In this document: piece after piece, positions 17,402-26,817 of the stretch
Numbering within the stretch: position 1 is the stretch's first letter
Layout of the letters: every line of letters starts with the position of its first letter
DNA from: Aquificales bacterium
GTDB taxonomy: Bacteria; Aquificota; Aquificia; Aquificales; QOAS01
NCBI GenBank assembly: GCA_027036735.1
Contig: JALWDU010000045.1
Location: forward strand, 1 to 40,299
Reading direction: 5' to 3'
DNA: 40,299 nucleotides
Translations under genes and position numbers: made by a program
The notes under the pieces: model-generated
Database searches by the model: none
Seen by the model: only the letters and a program-made list of their open reading frames with translations
What the model was told of the DNA's origin: nothing

Positions 17402-18488
17402 TGTTTTTAATTTCGCAGGCGGTGTAGTTTTGGGCGAGTTTCTTGAGACCCATAACCTCGAGGGTTTCAATCGAGATATTGCCGGCGGGTAGGTTGTGGT
17501 CGACCTGGAACTTAACAACCGCCGCCATGGTGGCGTCGTCGAGTTTACCGGTGATTTTGCCGTTGTAGTAGCCGAGCTCCTTAAGTCTAGCCTGTATCTG
17601 CTTGATTTCGTTCGGCTTTAGGTTCACGTCGCAAAGTATGGCGTCCCATATAACCTCGGGACCTTTAACCATAAAGGTTTTCTTGACTATATCGTATTTG
17701 GGGGGAACGGGTTTCTTCTCGCAAGTTGCGTCCCTTTTGAGTTCGTAGACCTTTACGGTCTTATATTGGGCGGGAACCAAAACCTTCTTGCATTTGGGCG
17801 GTTCGACCAATACCTTCCTGGTAACGGTTACGTATTCGGCGGGAACCTCTATCTTACAGTAAGCGCCGTCCTTGTAAGTCCATATAGCCCTGGGGGGTGC
17901 AATCATTATTCTTTCGGTTTTGGTCTCGTATTTGGCGGGAATGACCTCTATCTTGTGGTAGGCGGGTCTAATCAGAATTTTTTTGACCTTTTCGACGAAC
18001 TGCGCGGGGTGGGTGACAACCTTATAGCCGCCGTCCTGTTTTACATACTTGATAATCAGGGCTTTGTAGGTGGGGGGTTTAACCAGCTTACCGTAACAGC
18101 AACCGACGGGTGCGTTTTGGGGATAGCTGACGACGGGGGATTGCTCGGCGAGCAGAGACCTTATTATCTTCAGCAACTCTTGGGGAGACTTCTGTTTGTA
18201 GGGACCCCAGTCGACGAAGGTCTTTTCGCTCTTTTCTACGATAAAGCTACCCGGCTTTTGGTTTTTTTTCGGAGCGGGAGCGGCTTCTTCTTGGGGTTTT
18301 GCGGGTTGTTGGGGTTGGGCTTTCTCGGCGGGTGCGGTTTGTCCGCCGCACACCAGGTTGCCGTTTTCGTCCAAAACGGCGTATGCGTCGTTATCGCAAG
18401 AGGGGAGAATTTCTATGGCGTTTGCGGTACCTATACCGGTGAGCGCACCGGCAAAAATCGCTCCTATCAGCAGTTTTTTTCTTCTCAT
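17394..18488 (-). CDS. Exported Cys-rich protein with VPA(E/Q)Y-type repeats and a C-terminal peptidoglycan-binding domain
   Basis: Signal peptide from ATG 18488 (MRRKKLLIG...ANA). IQARLKELGYY.G..TG..D..T..AV..FQ matches PG_binding_1. Confidence 0.82.
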   Translation of the reverse strand: MRRKKLLIGAIFAGALTGIGTANAIEILPSCDNDAYAVLDENGNLVCGGQTAPAEKAQPQQPAKPQEEAAPAPKKNQKPGSFIVEKSEKTFVDWGPYKQKSPQELLKIIRSLLAEQSPVVSYPQNAPVGCCYGKLVKPPTYKALIIKYVKQDGGYKVVTHPAQFVEKVKKILIRPAYHKIEVIPAKYETKTERIMIAPPRAIWTYKDGAYCKIEVPAEYVTVTRKVLVEPPKCKKVLVPAQYKTVKVYELKRDATCEKKPVPPKYDIVKKTFMVKGPEVIWDAILCDVNLKPNEIKQIQARLKELGYYNGKITGKLDDATMAAVVKFQVDHNLPAGNISIETLEVMGLKKLAQNYTACEIKNIK

Positions 18489-18582
18489 AGCATTATATAA
18501 GGTTATCCCGAAGGGCTCTTTTTGCAATGTTCCTTGTAAAGAAAGCAAGTAAAACTTTAGGGAGAGTAAGGGATTTTTGGGG

Positions 18583-18669
18583 TGGTGCGGGCGCCGGGAG
18601 TCGAACCCGGACGGCCATACGGCCAGCGGATTTTAAATCCGCCGCGTCTGCCAGTTCCGCCACGCCCGC
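18583..18669 (-). tRNA. tRNA-Leu (anticodon TAA), long variable arm, encoded CCA
   Basis: GCGGGCG acceptor stem, anticodon arm GCGGA-TTTAAAA-TCCGC, GGTTCGACTCC T-loop and a 3' ACCA. 87 nt. Confidence 0.97.
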
Positions 18670-18785
18670 TTCCAAAGGAAGAAATTTTATAACCTCTCCC
18701 CGGCGAGGGCAACACTTTCTTGCCAACCAAACTTGTCAATTATATCTTTTGACCTCCGCGAGGTCGAATTTAACTTTAAAACCCT

Positions 18786-19364
18786 ATGGCGGAGGAGAAA
18801 AAAGAAAATAGACTTTTGGAGGAGGAAAAGGAGAAACCCCAAGAGGGAGGGGAAAGCGTAGCCCCTAAAGTGGAGGAGCTTAAAGAATACATCTCCACCC
18901 TCGAGGAGAAGGTCAAAAAGCTCGAAAACCTCGCAAAGGTTAGCAACGAGCGGTATATCTCCCTTCAGAGGGAGCTCGAATTCGTCCGAGACCGCCACAG
19001 GAGGGAGCTCGAAGAGAAGACCCTCTACGGGATTGAGAAATTCGCAAAAGACCTCCTCGAGGTGGTTGACAACTTCGAGAGGGCTTTAAAGCACATGGAG
19101 GGAATGGAAGGTTGCGGTGAAGCCCTAAAGGGGGTGGAGATGATTTACAACCAACTCAAAAGGGTCTTGGAAAAACACGGGGTCGTCCAGATAGAGGTTG
19201 AAAAGTTCGACCACTCCCTTTGCGAGGCTGTCGGAACCGTTCCCACCGATGAGGTGGAAGAGAACACCATTCTCGAGGTGGTTCAAAAGGGGTATAAACT
19301 CCACGACAGGGTTTTGAGACCGGCAAAGGTGATAGTCGCCGTCCCCAAAGAGGAGGTAACCTAA
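18786..19364 (+). CDS. grpE: Nucleotide exchange factor GrpE
   Basis: Coiled coil, LLEVVDNFERAL and QKGYKLHDRVLRPAKV. Confidence 0.96.
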   Translation: MAEEKKENRLLEEEKEKPQEGGESVAPKVEELKEYISTLEEKVKKLENLAKVSNERYISLQRELEFVRDRHRRELEEKTLYGIEKFAKDLLEVVDNFERALKHMEGMEGCGEALKGVEMIYNQLKRVLEKHGVVQIEVEKFDHSLCEAVGTVPTDEVEENTILEVVQKGYKLHDRVLRPAKVIVAVPKEEVT

Positions 19365-19377
19365 AGGGGAAGGGGAA

Positions 19378-19569
19378 TTAAACCTCCTCCTCGACGGGGA
19401 GCTCCTGCCTTCCCTTATACTGACCGCAGAAGGGACAAACCCTGTGGGGTTTTATTAGCTCCCCGCAGTTGGGACAGGGAACGAGATTTTTGGGTTTAAC
19501 CTTGTTATACCAATGGGCTTTCCTCATAGCGGTTTTAGCCTTCGATTTCCTCGCCTTGGGAACTGCCAT
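19378..19569 (-). CDS. rpmF: 50S ribosomal protein L32 (Zn-ribbon form)
   Basis: MAVPK, CPNCG...PHRVCPFCG.Y. Confidence 0.97.
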   Translation of the reverse strand: MAVPKARKSKAKTAMRKAHWYNKVKPKNLVPCPNCGELIKPHRVCPFCGQYKGRQELPVEEEV

Positions 19570-19626
19570 CTCTCTCCTCCTAAAGGGTAATTTTCAGAGC
19601 AACCCAATTATTGTAGCATAGAGGCT

Positions 19627-20940
19627 TTATTCCCCTTGCGGTTTGGGTAGGAAATTTTCCGGTTCGAGGCGGGCGTCTATCTGCACCTCGTAGGGAACTT
19701 TTTCCAAACCCTTTAACCCCTCGGGGAGCCTTTCGAAATCGCTTAGAAACCTCTCGCGGGCAACCTTCCAATCTCCCAAATCCTTAACCGGTTTACCATC
19801 CCTCAATACCAACTCCACGAGTGGTTCACCCTCCGCCTCCTCCCCGTAGAGGGTTACAAAGTCGTAATCCATCCTCCCGTTGGAGTAGAAGCGGAAAACC
19901 TGCTTCTTAAAGGGGTAGGTCTTCTTTCCCTCGCTCAGCTTAAACTTCGGCTCTCCCGCGTATTCGACCAGTTTGTAGGCTATGTCCAGATAGGGCTTGT
20001 CGGCGGAGGTGACATACCTCGTCCCAACCCCAAAGCCGTCTATCGGCAGCCCCCTCCACTCGGCTATTTTGTATTCGTCCACCCCTCCGCTGACGATAAT
20101 TTTTACGTCCTTTAATCCCTCCGCGTCGAGCAGTCTCCTAACCTCTACGACCAACTCGGGTATATCGCCGCTGTCTATCCGAACGCCGAGGGGTTTGTAA
20201 CCCTCCTTGGAGAGCCCAACCACCAGCTTAGCCGCCTCCAGAACGTCGTAGGTATCTATCAGATAGACCGCATTTTGCGGGTAGTGGCGGTAGAACTCCC
20301 TAAAGGCTTCCTCCTCGCCGAAGACCATAACGTAGGAGTGAGCCATCGTTCCGCTGACGGGCAGGTTGTAGAGCATTCCCGCCTCGAGGTTTGAGGTCGC
20401 GTTCCAACCGCAGGTGAGCGCCGCCTTAGCCGCCGCGTTTGCCGCCTCAAATCCGTGAGCCCTGCGGCAACCGAAATCGACCAGAATCTTACCCCCGGCT
20501 GCCGAGTAGATGCGGGCGGCTTTCGAGTTTAAAAGGGTCTCCAGGTGAACCGCATTCATGACGAAGGTTTCCAATATTTGGGCGGAGGGCAAATCGGCTT
20601 CCACCTGGAGGATAGGTTCTTCGTTAAAAACTATCCTCCCGTCGGGAATGGCGTAAATGTTTCCCCTAAACTCGAACTGTTCGAGCCAATCTAAAAACCA
20701 ATCCTTGAAGAGGTTTAGGGATTTCAAATATCTAAGTTGGTCTTTGGAGAATCTAAATTCCCCTATGAGGTCTAAAACCCTCTTTACCCCACCGGCGACG
20801 AGAAAATTCCTAACCTCGGGGAGTTTCCTAACGTAGAGGGAGAAAACAGCCCGTTCGGTTTTCCCCCTCTCGAGGTAGACCTGCGCCATGGTAAGTTCGT
20901 AGAGGTCGGTTTTAAGCCCGTGAGGTTTCAGACAATCCAT
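19627..20940 (-). CDS. pncB: Nicotinate phosphoribosyltransferase
   Basis: TDLYELTM, DFGCRRAH, GTMAHS, LIDTYD and VRIDSGD. Confidence 0.96.
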   Translation of the reverse strand: MDCLKPHGLKTDLYELTMAQVYLERGKTERAVFSLYVRKLPEVRNFLVAGGVKRVLDLIGEFRFSKDQLRYLKSLNLFKDWFLDWLEQFEFRGNIYAIPDGRIVFNEEPILQVEADLPSAQILETFVMNAVHLETLLNSKAARIYSAAGGKILVDFGCRRAHGFEAANAAAKAALTCGWNATSNLEAGMLYNLPVSGTMAHSYVMVFGEEEAFREFYRHYPQNAVYLIDTYDVLEAAKLVVGLSKEGYKPLGVRIDSGDIPELVVEVRRLLDAEGLKDVKIIVSGGVDEYKIAEWRGLPIDGFGVGTRYVTSADKPYLDIAYKLVEYAGEPKFKLSEGKKTYPFKKQVFRFYSNGRMDYDFVTLYGEEAEGEPLVELVLRDGKPVKDLGDWKVARERFLSDFERLPEGLKGLEKVPYEVQIDARLEPENFLPKPQGE

Positions 20941-20961
20941 AGTTTTATTTAAATAGAAGAG

Positions 20962-20984
20962 AAGCCCGCCTTCGGCGGGGATTT
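20962..20984 (-). repeat. Palindromic repeat copy 3
   Basis: The minus strand reads AAATCCCCGCCGAAGGCGGGCTT, with the same 16-bp core as copies 1 and 2. Confidence 0.88.
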
Positions 20985-21733
20985 CAGCGGGCGCAGACCT
21001 CGCATTGGGGGTTTTTGCTTATCTTTATGGGGACGCATTGGTAGTTTCGGAGGTCTACGACGAGCGTTTTGCCCTCGAGGTTGGCGCCCTTGTTCGCCAC
21101 CAAATTGACAACTTCCTGCACCTGAACGGAGGCGACTACCGCCACCGTAGTGACCGCCGTCGCCACCGAACCGCCCCCCAACTCCTTGAGGGCTTCCAAC
21201 TCGCCCGGAAAGAGGCACTCCAGACAGGGGATTTCCTCCTCCTCCCGCTTGAAGAAGGGAAAGCTGGCGACCCAACCCTCCCAGCTCCCCACGCCCGCCG
21301 CTATGAAACCCTTACCCGCCTTGTAGCAGAGGCGGTTCAAAAGCTTTTTGGTCTCGAAGTTGTCCGTGCAATCGATGACGATATCGACGCTGTTTACGAG
21401 AAGTCCGCCGGTGGTTCGGTTTACGCGGGTATCGAACGCCTCGATATTGGCGTCGGGGGCTATCTTCAGAAGCTTGTTCCTCGCCACTATCACCTTCGAC
21501 TTACCCACATCCGACAGGTCGTAGAGTATCTGCCGGTTGAGGTTGGAGCGCTCCACCCGGTCGTGGTCGACCAAAAGCAGATTTTTAGCGCCCAGACGCA
21601 CCAATTCCTGCGCCACAAAAGACCCCAAGCCGCCCAAACCGACTATTAGAAACCTAAGCTCCCGCAGTATCTCCATTCCCTCCTCCCCGAGGAGGAGGGT
21701 GTTGTAATCCTTCCCGTTTAAGGAGGAATTCAT
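20984..21733 (-). CDS. HesA/MoeB/ThiF-family adenylyltransferase (divergent)
   Basis: GLGGLG, DHDRVERSNLNRQ, DCTDN and two CxxC pairs. Start uncertain (21733, or up to 21805). Confidence 0.9.
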   Translation of the reverse strand: MNSSLNGKDYNTLLLGEEGMEILRELRFLIVGLGGLGSFVAQELVRLGAKNLLLVDHDRVERSNLNRQILYDLSDVGKSKVIVARNKLLKIAPDANIEAFDTRVNRTTGGLLVNSVDIVIDCTDNFETKKLLNRLCYKAGKGFIAAGVGSWEGWVASFPFFKREEEEIPCLECLFPGELEALKELGGGSVATAVTTVAVVASVQVQEVVNLVANKGANLEGKTLVVDLRNYQCVPIKISKNPQCEVCAR

Positions 21734-21785
21734 CACCAAACCATTTTTTGGAAAAAGGGAGGGAAAATCAACACCGAAAGGGGCT

Positions 21786-22367
21786 TCAATCCGCTTCCTC
21801 CCCAAAGAGGAGGTGTTCGAGTAGGTCGCACAAGGTGTGTCCCAATGTTATGTGACACTCCTGTATGCGGGGAGTCTCGTAGGAGGGAACCACAAAGGGG
21901 TAATCGACGAGACCCTTTACCGTTCCCCCATCTCTGCCCAAAAAAGCCGCCGTCAGCGCCCCCTTTTCCTTCGCCTTTAGGAGGGCTTTGCGAACATTTT
22001 CACTCCTACCGGAGGTCGAAATTCCTATAACCACATCTTCCGGTTTAACCAACGCCTCCACCTGACGGGCGAATATTTCCTCAAAGCCGTAATCGTTCCC
22101 AAGGGCGGTTAAAACGGAGGTATCGGTCGTCAGCGCGACAGCCCTCAAGGGGGGTCTATCCTTTGAAAACCTGCCGATAAGCTCGGCGGCTATGTGCTGG
22201 GCGTCGGCGGCGCTCCCCCCGTTTCCGAAGAGATAGACCGTCCCACCCCTTTTGAGCCTCTCGGCAACCTCCCCCGCGAAGCGGACTATATCCTCCAAAT
22301 ACTTTTCCACAAATGCGAGCTTTATTTCGGCGCTCTCCCTGAAGGCGGTTAAAATGCGCTCCCTCAT
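21786..22367 (-). CDS. gmhA: D-sedoheptulose-7-phosphate isomerase
   Basis: GNGGSAADAQH, GNDYGF, ISTSGRS and IQECH. Confidence 0.97.
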   Translation of the reverse strand: MRERILTAFRESAEIKLAFVEKYLEDIVRFAGEVAERLKRGGTVYLFGNGGSAADAQHIAAELIGRFSKDRPPLRAVALTTDTSVLTALGNDYGFEEIFARQVEALVKPEDVVIGISTSGRSENVRKALLKAKEKGALTAAFLGRDGGTVKGLVDYPFVVPSYETPRIQECHITLGHTLCDLLEHLLFGEEAD

Positions 22368-22386
22368 CGGGAATAAACTTTAAAGG

Positions 22387-23385
22387 TCAGTCTTTCCCCA
22401 AGAGGGAAAAAACTCTCTCCGCCACCCCTTCGGGAGGAATGTCGAGACATTCGAAACCCCTCGGGCAGGAGTCCCTCCCGTGGATGTGGCAGGGGGAACA
22501 GGAGAGGTTTTTAAAAAGCACCTCCCCCTCGTCGGGGTAAGGGGCAAAGCCCAAACAGGGGTGGGTTCCGCCGTAGATTGTTAGCACCTTGGTGCTTACC
22601 GCCCGCGCCATGTGGGTCGCACCGCTGTCGTTCCCGACGAAGAGCTTCGCACCCCTCATAACGTGGAGGCTCTCGTTTAGGGAGAGTTTCCCGCAGAGGT
22701 TTAGGACACCTCTCCAATCCCTCGATAGGTCGTAGTCCCTTCTATCCCCCACGAGGATGACCTTTATACCTTCCTCCGAAAGGATTTTTGCGAGTTTCTC
22801 GAAGTGGGGATAAGCCTTACTCCTGTATCGGGCGCCTATGCCGAGGACTACGTATTCGTCCCCCTTTAGGTCAAACTTTGAAAGTATTTCCCCCGTTCGG
22901 TTTTTGTCCAAAACAATCCTCGGTCGGGGGTTCTTAACGTCTATACCCAACCCCTTTAGGGTCTCGGCGTAAAGTTCGACCACATTTAGGGGTTTTTCCT
23001 TTAGTTTTTTCGCCAACCCAAGACGGTTTAAAAAGACGCAGACCCTCCTCCTGAGGGAGCGTTTTTTATACCCGACCTTTACCCCGGCGGGGATAAGCCT
23101 CGAGAGCAAAACACTCTTGGGGTTTGAGTGCAAATCCAAAACCGCAAAGGGTGAGAGTTTCGAAAGCTCCTTTGAGAGGTCTAAAATGGGGCGCAAACCC
23201 CTAAGGGAATCCCTCCGAACCTCGACCACCGATAGGCGGCTGTCCTCTTTGAAGAGTTCCCCGTAAGGGGCGTAGGTGAGTAAAACCGGTTTGAAACCCG
23301 CCCCCACGAGGGGGTCGATGAGGGAGGAGGTGAGGACTACATCCCCGAGGGAGGAAAAGCGGAGGAGAAAGACCCTTTTTGGCAT
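22387..23385 (-). CDS. Glycosyltransferase family 9 (LPS heptosyltransferase-like)
   Basis: RFSSLGDVVL and GNDSGATHMA. Adjacent to gmhA. Confidence 0.92.
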   Translation of the reverse strand: MPKRVFLLRFSSLGDVVLTSSLIDPLVGAGFKPVLLTYAPYGELFKEDSRLSVVEVRRDSLRGLRPILDLSKELSKLSPFAVLDLHSNPKSVLLSRLIPAGVKVGYKKRSLRRRVCVFLNRLGLAKKLKEKPLNVVELYAETLKGLGIDVKNPRPRIVLDKNRTGEILSKFDLKGDEYVVLGIGARYRSKAYPHFEKLAKILSEEGIKVILVGDRRDYDLSRDWRGVLNLCGKLSLNESLHVMRGAKLFVGNDSGATHMARAVSTKVLTIYGGTHPCLGFAPYPDEGEVLFKNLSCSPCHIHGRDSCPRGFECLDIPPEGVAERVFSLLGKD

Positions 23386-23387
23386 TA

Positions 23388-23879
23388 TTACTGCTTTTTA
23401 ACGCCGAAGGTTTTGATGAAGTTTTCGACCTGTTCGCGGTTGCCGACCACTATGAGGATATCCCCCGGTTGGAAGCGGAAATTTTTGGGGTCGGGGGCGG
23501 GTATCATCTCGTCGTTTCTCACAACCCCGAGGACGATAACGCCGGTTCTCTTCCTCACATCCGCCTCGGCGAGGGTCTTGCCCACTAGCTCGCTGTCGGG
23601 GGGTAGCTCGACCCACTCCATAACGAGCTGTTTGAGGATAAGTTCCATCTTGTCGCCGGTAACCGGTTGGTAGAACGCTCCGGCGAGCACCATACCCATT
23701 TCGCGGGCTTCCTGGTCGGTAAGGGTTACGGTGCACTCGACGTCGCCGTCCTCGTCGAGGACGTAAATCTCCCTCTTACCCGAGTGGTGTATGATTACGG
23801 AGACGATTTGTCCCGAAGATAGCTTTATCGAAAACCTCTTCCCTATACCGGGAAGCTCCGTCTGTTTGAAAAATTCCAT
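23388..23879 (-). CDS. KhtT-like cation:proton antiporter regulatory subunit (TrkA-C/RCK_C)
   Basis: ELPGIGKRF, SGKRE and a C-terminal GKTL...GV.V.GV.R...GD.L.V.G. Confidence 0.88.
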   Translation of the reverse strand: MEFFKQTELPGIGKRFSIKLSSGQIVSVIIHHSGKREIYVLDEDGDVECTVTLTDQEAREMGMVLAGAFYQPVTGDKMELILKQLVMEWVELPPDSELVGKTLAEADVRKRTGVIVLGVVRNDEMIPAPDPKNFRFQPGDILIVVGNREQVENFIKTFGVKKQ

Positions 23880-23987
23880 AAAAGGTTATATTAGGCTTGA
23901 CATTTAACCCTTTCAACGGAGCGGACAAGCCTATCCAACCCTTTTGAGTATGCTTATTTATTTCTGACCTACAAAAGGGAGGAAAAG

Positions 23988-25334
23988 ATGAAAACGGCAC
24001 TAAAAGAGGACAAGGGATTGTATAGAGAGCTCACCATAGAGGTTGAGGGTCCCGAGGTTAAAAACGCCCTCGAGGAGATTTATCAATACCTCTCCTACAC
24101 CGCAAATATACCCGGCTTTAGGAAGGGAAGGGTTCCCCGCAAGATTTTGAGGAAACGCTTTGGGGGTTTCATTAGGGAAAGGATAGCCGACAAGGTGTTG
24201 GACAAATACCTCAAAAAAGCCCTCGAGGAGCACGGCGTCAAACCGGTAGCCGACATCTTCATAACCGACATAAAGCTCGACGAGGAGAAACCCGCCGTTG
24301 TGGTGGTGGTCAAATTCGAAGTTCCCCCCGAGATAGAGCTCAAAAACCTCGAGGAGATAACCGTCGAGGTTCCCAAAGCCGAATTTTCCCAAGAACAGGT
24401 CGAAAACTACATAAACCAACTCAGGGAGCAACACGCCGAGTGGAAGACCGTGGATAGGGAGATTAAAGAGGGCGACCTCGTAGAGGTGGAATACGAGATT
24501 ACCGACCTCGAGAGCGGTCAAAAGGAGACCGGCGAAACCGCCGCCGTTATCGGCGAGGGTCTCTTTAGGAAGGAGATAGAGGAAGCCCTAAAGGGTAAAA
24601 AGGCGGGCGACGAAATAGAGCTCAAAGCCCTACCCATATACGACCAAGAGGGCAAAGAGGTCGGCAAGGTCGACATCAAGATAAAGGTAAAGGCTGTTAA
24701 GGAAAAAGTTCTCCCCGAACTCAACGACGAGTTTGCCAAAAAGCTCGGTCTGGGCGAAACCTGGGAGGAAGCCCGCAAGAAGATAGAGGAGCAGCTCAAA
24801 GAGCAGTTTGAAAAGGCTAAAGAGGGTCAGAGGTTGGAAAAACTGCTCGCCAAACTGGTCGAGGAGCACAAGTTCGACATACCCGAAACCCTCGTGAGGA
24901 GGGAACTCGACGCGCTCCTAAGGCAGAGACTCCAGGAACTCCAGGCTTACGGAATAAACCCCAAACAGGTAAACCAGCAGCAGCTCGTTAACGAACTGAT
25001 GCCTATCGCCATTTTCAACGTCGCAAGCCGTCTGATACTCGACAAGCTCGCCGACGAGCTCGGAATAGAGGTCTCCGACGAAGATGTAAACGCCGAAATC
25101 GAAAGGATGGCTAAAAGCTTCAACGTTCCCGTTGAGGAATTGAAGAAATCCCTCCAAGAGCAGGGACTTATAGAGGCTGTAAAAGCCGACCTGAGGAGGA
25201 ACAAAGCCCTCGAGGAAGCCGCCAAGAGGGTCAAATTCGTAGAGGTCGAACCCAAAGAGGAGAAGGAAGAAAACCAACCTTCCGAGGGTGCGGGTGAAAA
25301 AGCGGAATCCGAAGAGGAGAGAACGGAAAAATAA
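23988..25334 (+). CDS. tig: Trigger factor
   Basis: IPGFRKGRVP ribosome-binding motif, LPELNDEFA, strong RBS. Confidence 0.95.
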   Translation: MKTALKEDKGLYRELTIEVEGPEVKNALEEIYQYLSYTANIPGFRKGRVPRKILRKRFGGFIRERIADKVLDKYLKKALEEHGVKPVADIFITDIKLDEEKPAVVVVVKFEVPPEIELKNLEEITVEVPKAEFSQEQVENYINQLREQHAEWKTVDREIKEGDLVEVEYEITDLESGQKETGETAAVIGEGLFRKEIEEALKGKKAGDEIELKALPIYDQEGKEVGKVDIKIKVKAVKEKVLPELNDEFAKKLGLGETWEEARKKIEEQLKEQFEKAKEGQRLEKLLAKLVEEHKFDIPETLVRRELDALLRQRLQELQAYGINPKQVNQQQLVNELMPIAIFNVASRLILDKLADELGIEVSDEDVNAEIERMAKSFNVPVEELKKSLQEQGLIEAVKADLRRNKALEEAAKRVKFVEVEPKEEKEENQPSEGAGEKAESEEERTEK

Positions 25335-25395
25335 TTCCGCTAAGGTAGCAATAAAGAATGAAACCAAAAAGAGGAGGGTTAATTTTTCCCTCCCC

Positions 25396-25935
25396 TTAAC
25401 GGAGTTTTAAATACTCTTCCGAATACTTCCTGTAGTTGAGCGCGTTTTCCCTTATTTTCTCTATCTCTTCGGGCGAAAGTTCCCTTTTAATCTGCGCCGG
25501 TCTACCCATCAGAAGCACTCCGGGGGGAAACTCCTTTCCGGGGGGAACAAGCGTTCCCGCCGCTATAAGGGTGTTGTCGCCAATCTTTGCCCCGTCGAGG
25601 ACTACCGCACCTATACCTATAAGGACGTTATTCCCTATCTTCGCGCCGTGGACTATCGCCCCGTGGGCTATCGAGACGTAATCGCCAATCTCCACGGGGA
25701 AACCGTCGCTCATATCGGGCTTGGTGTAGTGGGTGACGTGTATAACCGCGTTGTCCTGGATATTGGTATACCTACCTATCCTTATATAGTGGACGTCACC
25801 CCTCACGACCGCGCCGAACCAAACGGAGGAATACTCCCCTATCTCCACGTTCCCTATAACGGTTGCCGTTTCGGCCAAAAACACCGTGGGGTCTATCTTC
25901 GGATACCAACCTCTGTAGGGTTTTATCAGAGCCAT
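25396..25935 (-). CDS. Gamma-carbonic anhydrase family (YrdA-like) protein
   Basis: Hexapeptide repeats, VRGDV, NIQDNAVIH and HGAIVHG Zn ligands. Confidence 0.93.
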   Translation of the reverse strand: MALIKPYRGWYPKIDPTVFLAETATVIGNVEIGEYSSVWFGAVVRGDVHYIRIGRYTNIQDNAVIHVTHYTKPDMSDGFPVEIGDYVSIAHGAIVHGAKIGNNVLIGIGAVVLDGAKIGDNTLIAAGTLVPPGKEFPPGVLLMGRPAQIKRELSPEEIEKIRENALNYRKYSEEYLKLR

Positions 25936-26002
25936 AAACCTTAAAAGGTAATCTGTTTTTCGCTATGGCAAACCTAAAAAGGTCTTATAGTCTCAATAAC
26001 CT

Positions 26003-26791
26003 ATGATAGACACCCACGCGCATTTGGATATGCTCCCCCCCGAACTGTTCGAGGCTACCATAAAGTGTCTCGAGCACGGGGATTGTCCCGAAGGGGTGGA
26101 GATTCCCCTATCGGCGGTTATAACGGTCGGTTGCGATAGGGATGAGATACCGAAAGCCCTCTCGATAGCCAACAAATACGAAAAGGTCTGGGCGGCTATC
26201 GGCTACCACCCCTACGAGGCGGATAGGGTCTCCGACGCCGATATAGGGGAACTCAAAAGCCTCGCCGAAGGCGAGGATAAGGTCGTCGCCATAGGCGAAT
26301 GCGGTCTCGACTACTACCGCGATTACGCCTCCAAGGAAAACCAGTGGAAAATCTTCGAAAGGCAGCTCGAGGTCGCCAAGGAGCTCGGTCTTCCCGTCGT
26401 GGTGCACTCCCGCGACGCCGACGAGGACACCGTCGCCATACTGAAAAACTCCGGCGTTGAGAGGGGGGTAATCCACTGTTTCACCGGAACGGAAAAGCTC
26501 CTAAAGGGGGCTTTGGATATAGGCTTTTATATCTCCCTTTCGGGGATAGTTACCTATAAAAACGCAAAAGACCTCCAGGAGTTGGCTAAAAAGATACCCC
26601 TCGACCGCCTCCTGGTGGAAACCGACAGCCCCTACCTTGCACCTGTCCCCAAAAGGGGGAAGAAAAACATGCCACCCTACGTGTTCTTTACATTGAAGTT
26701 CCTCTCGGAGCTATTGAATGTTCCCCTCCCCATGTTGGACAGAATTACCACCACCAACGCGGTTAGGCTTTTCGATATAAACCCCTTTTAG
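26003..26791 (+). CDS. tatD: TatD-family nuclease
   Basis: DTHAH, GYHP, IGECGLDY, HSRDA, HCFTG and ETDSPY. Confidence 0.95.
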   Translation: MIDTHAHLDMLPPELFEATIKCLEHGDCPEGVEIPLSAVITVGCDRDEIPKALSIANKYEKVWAAIGYHPYEADRVSDADIGELKSLAEGEDKVVAIGECGLDYYRDYASKENQWKIFERQLEVAKELGLPVVVHSRDADEDTVAILKNSGVERGVIHCFTGTEKLLKGALDIGFYISLSGIVTYKNAKDLQELAKKIPLDRLLVETDSPYLAPVPKRGKKNMPPYVFFTLKFLSELLNVPLPMLDRITTTNAVRLFDINPF

Positions 26792-26817
26792 GTTCTCCCC
26801 ATATCATTTTCCCCTTT

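Noticed and set aside
17766-18500. 244-aa plus-strand ORF
   Set aside because: Antisense to the peptidoglycan-binding protein gene, with no recognisable motifs.
18560-18700. tRNA-Leu as an integration site for an island
   Set aside because: No duplicated tRNA 3' end and no integrase were seen in the window.
18670-18785. CIRCE or other heat-shock operator upstream of grpE
   Set aside because: No TTAGCACTC-N9-GAGTGCTAA. Only a short GACCTC-CGC-GAGGTC palindrome is present, which is too weak to call.
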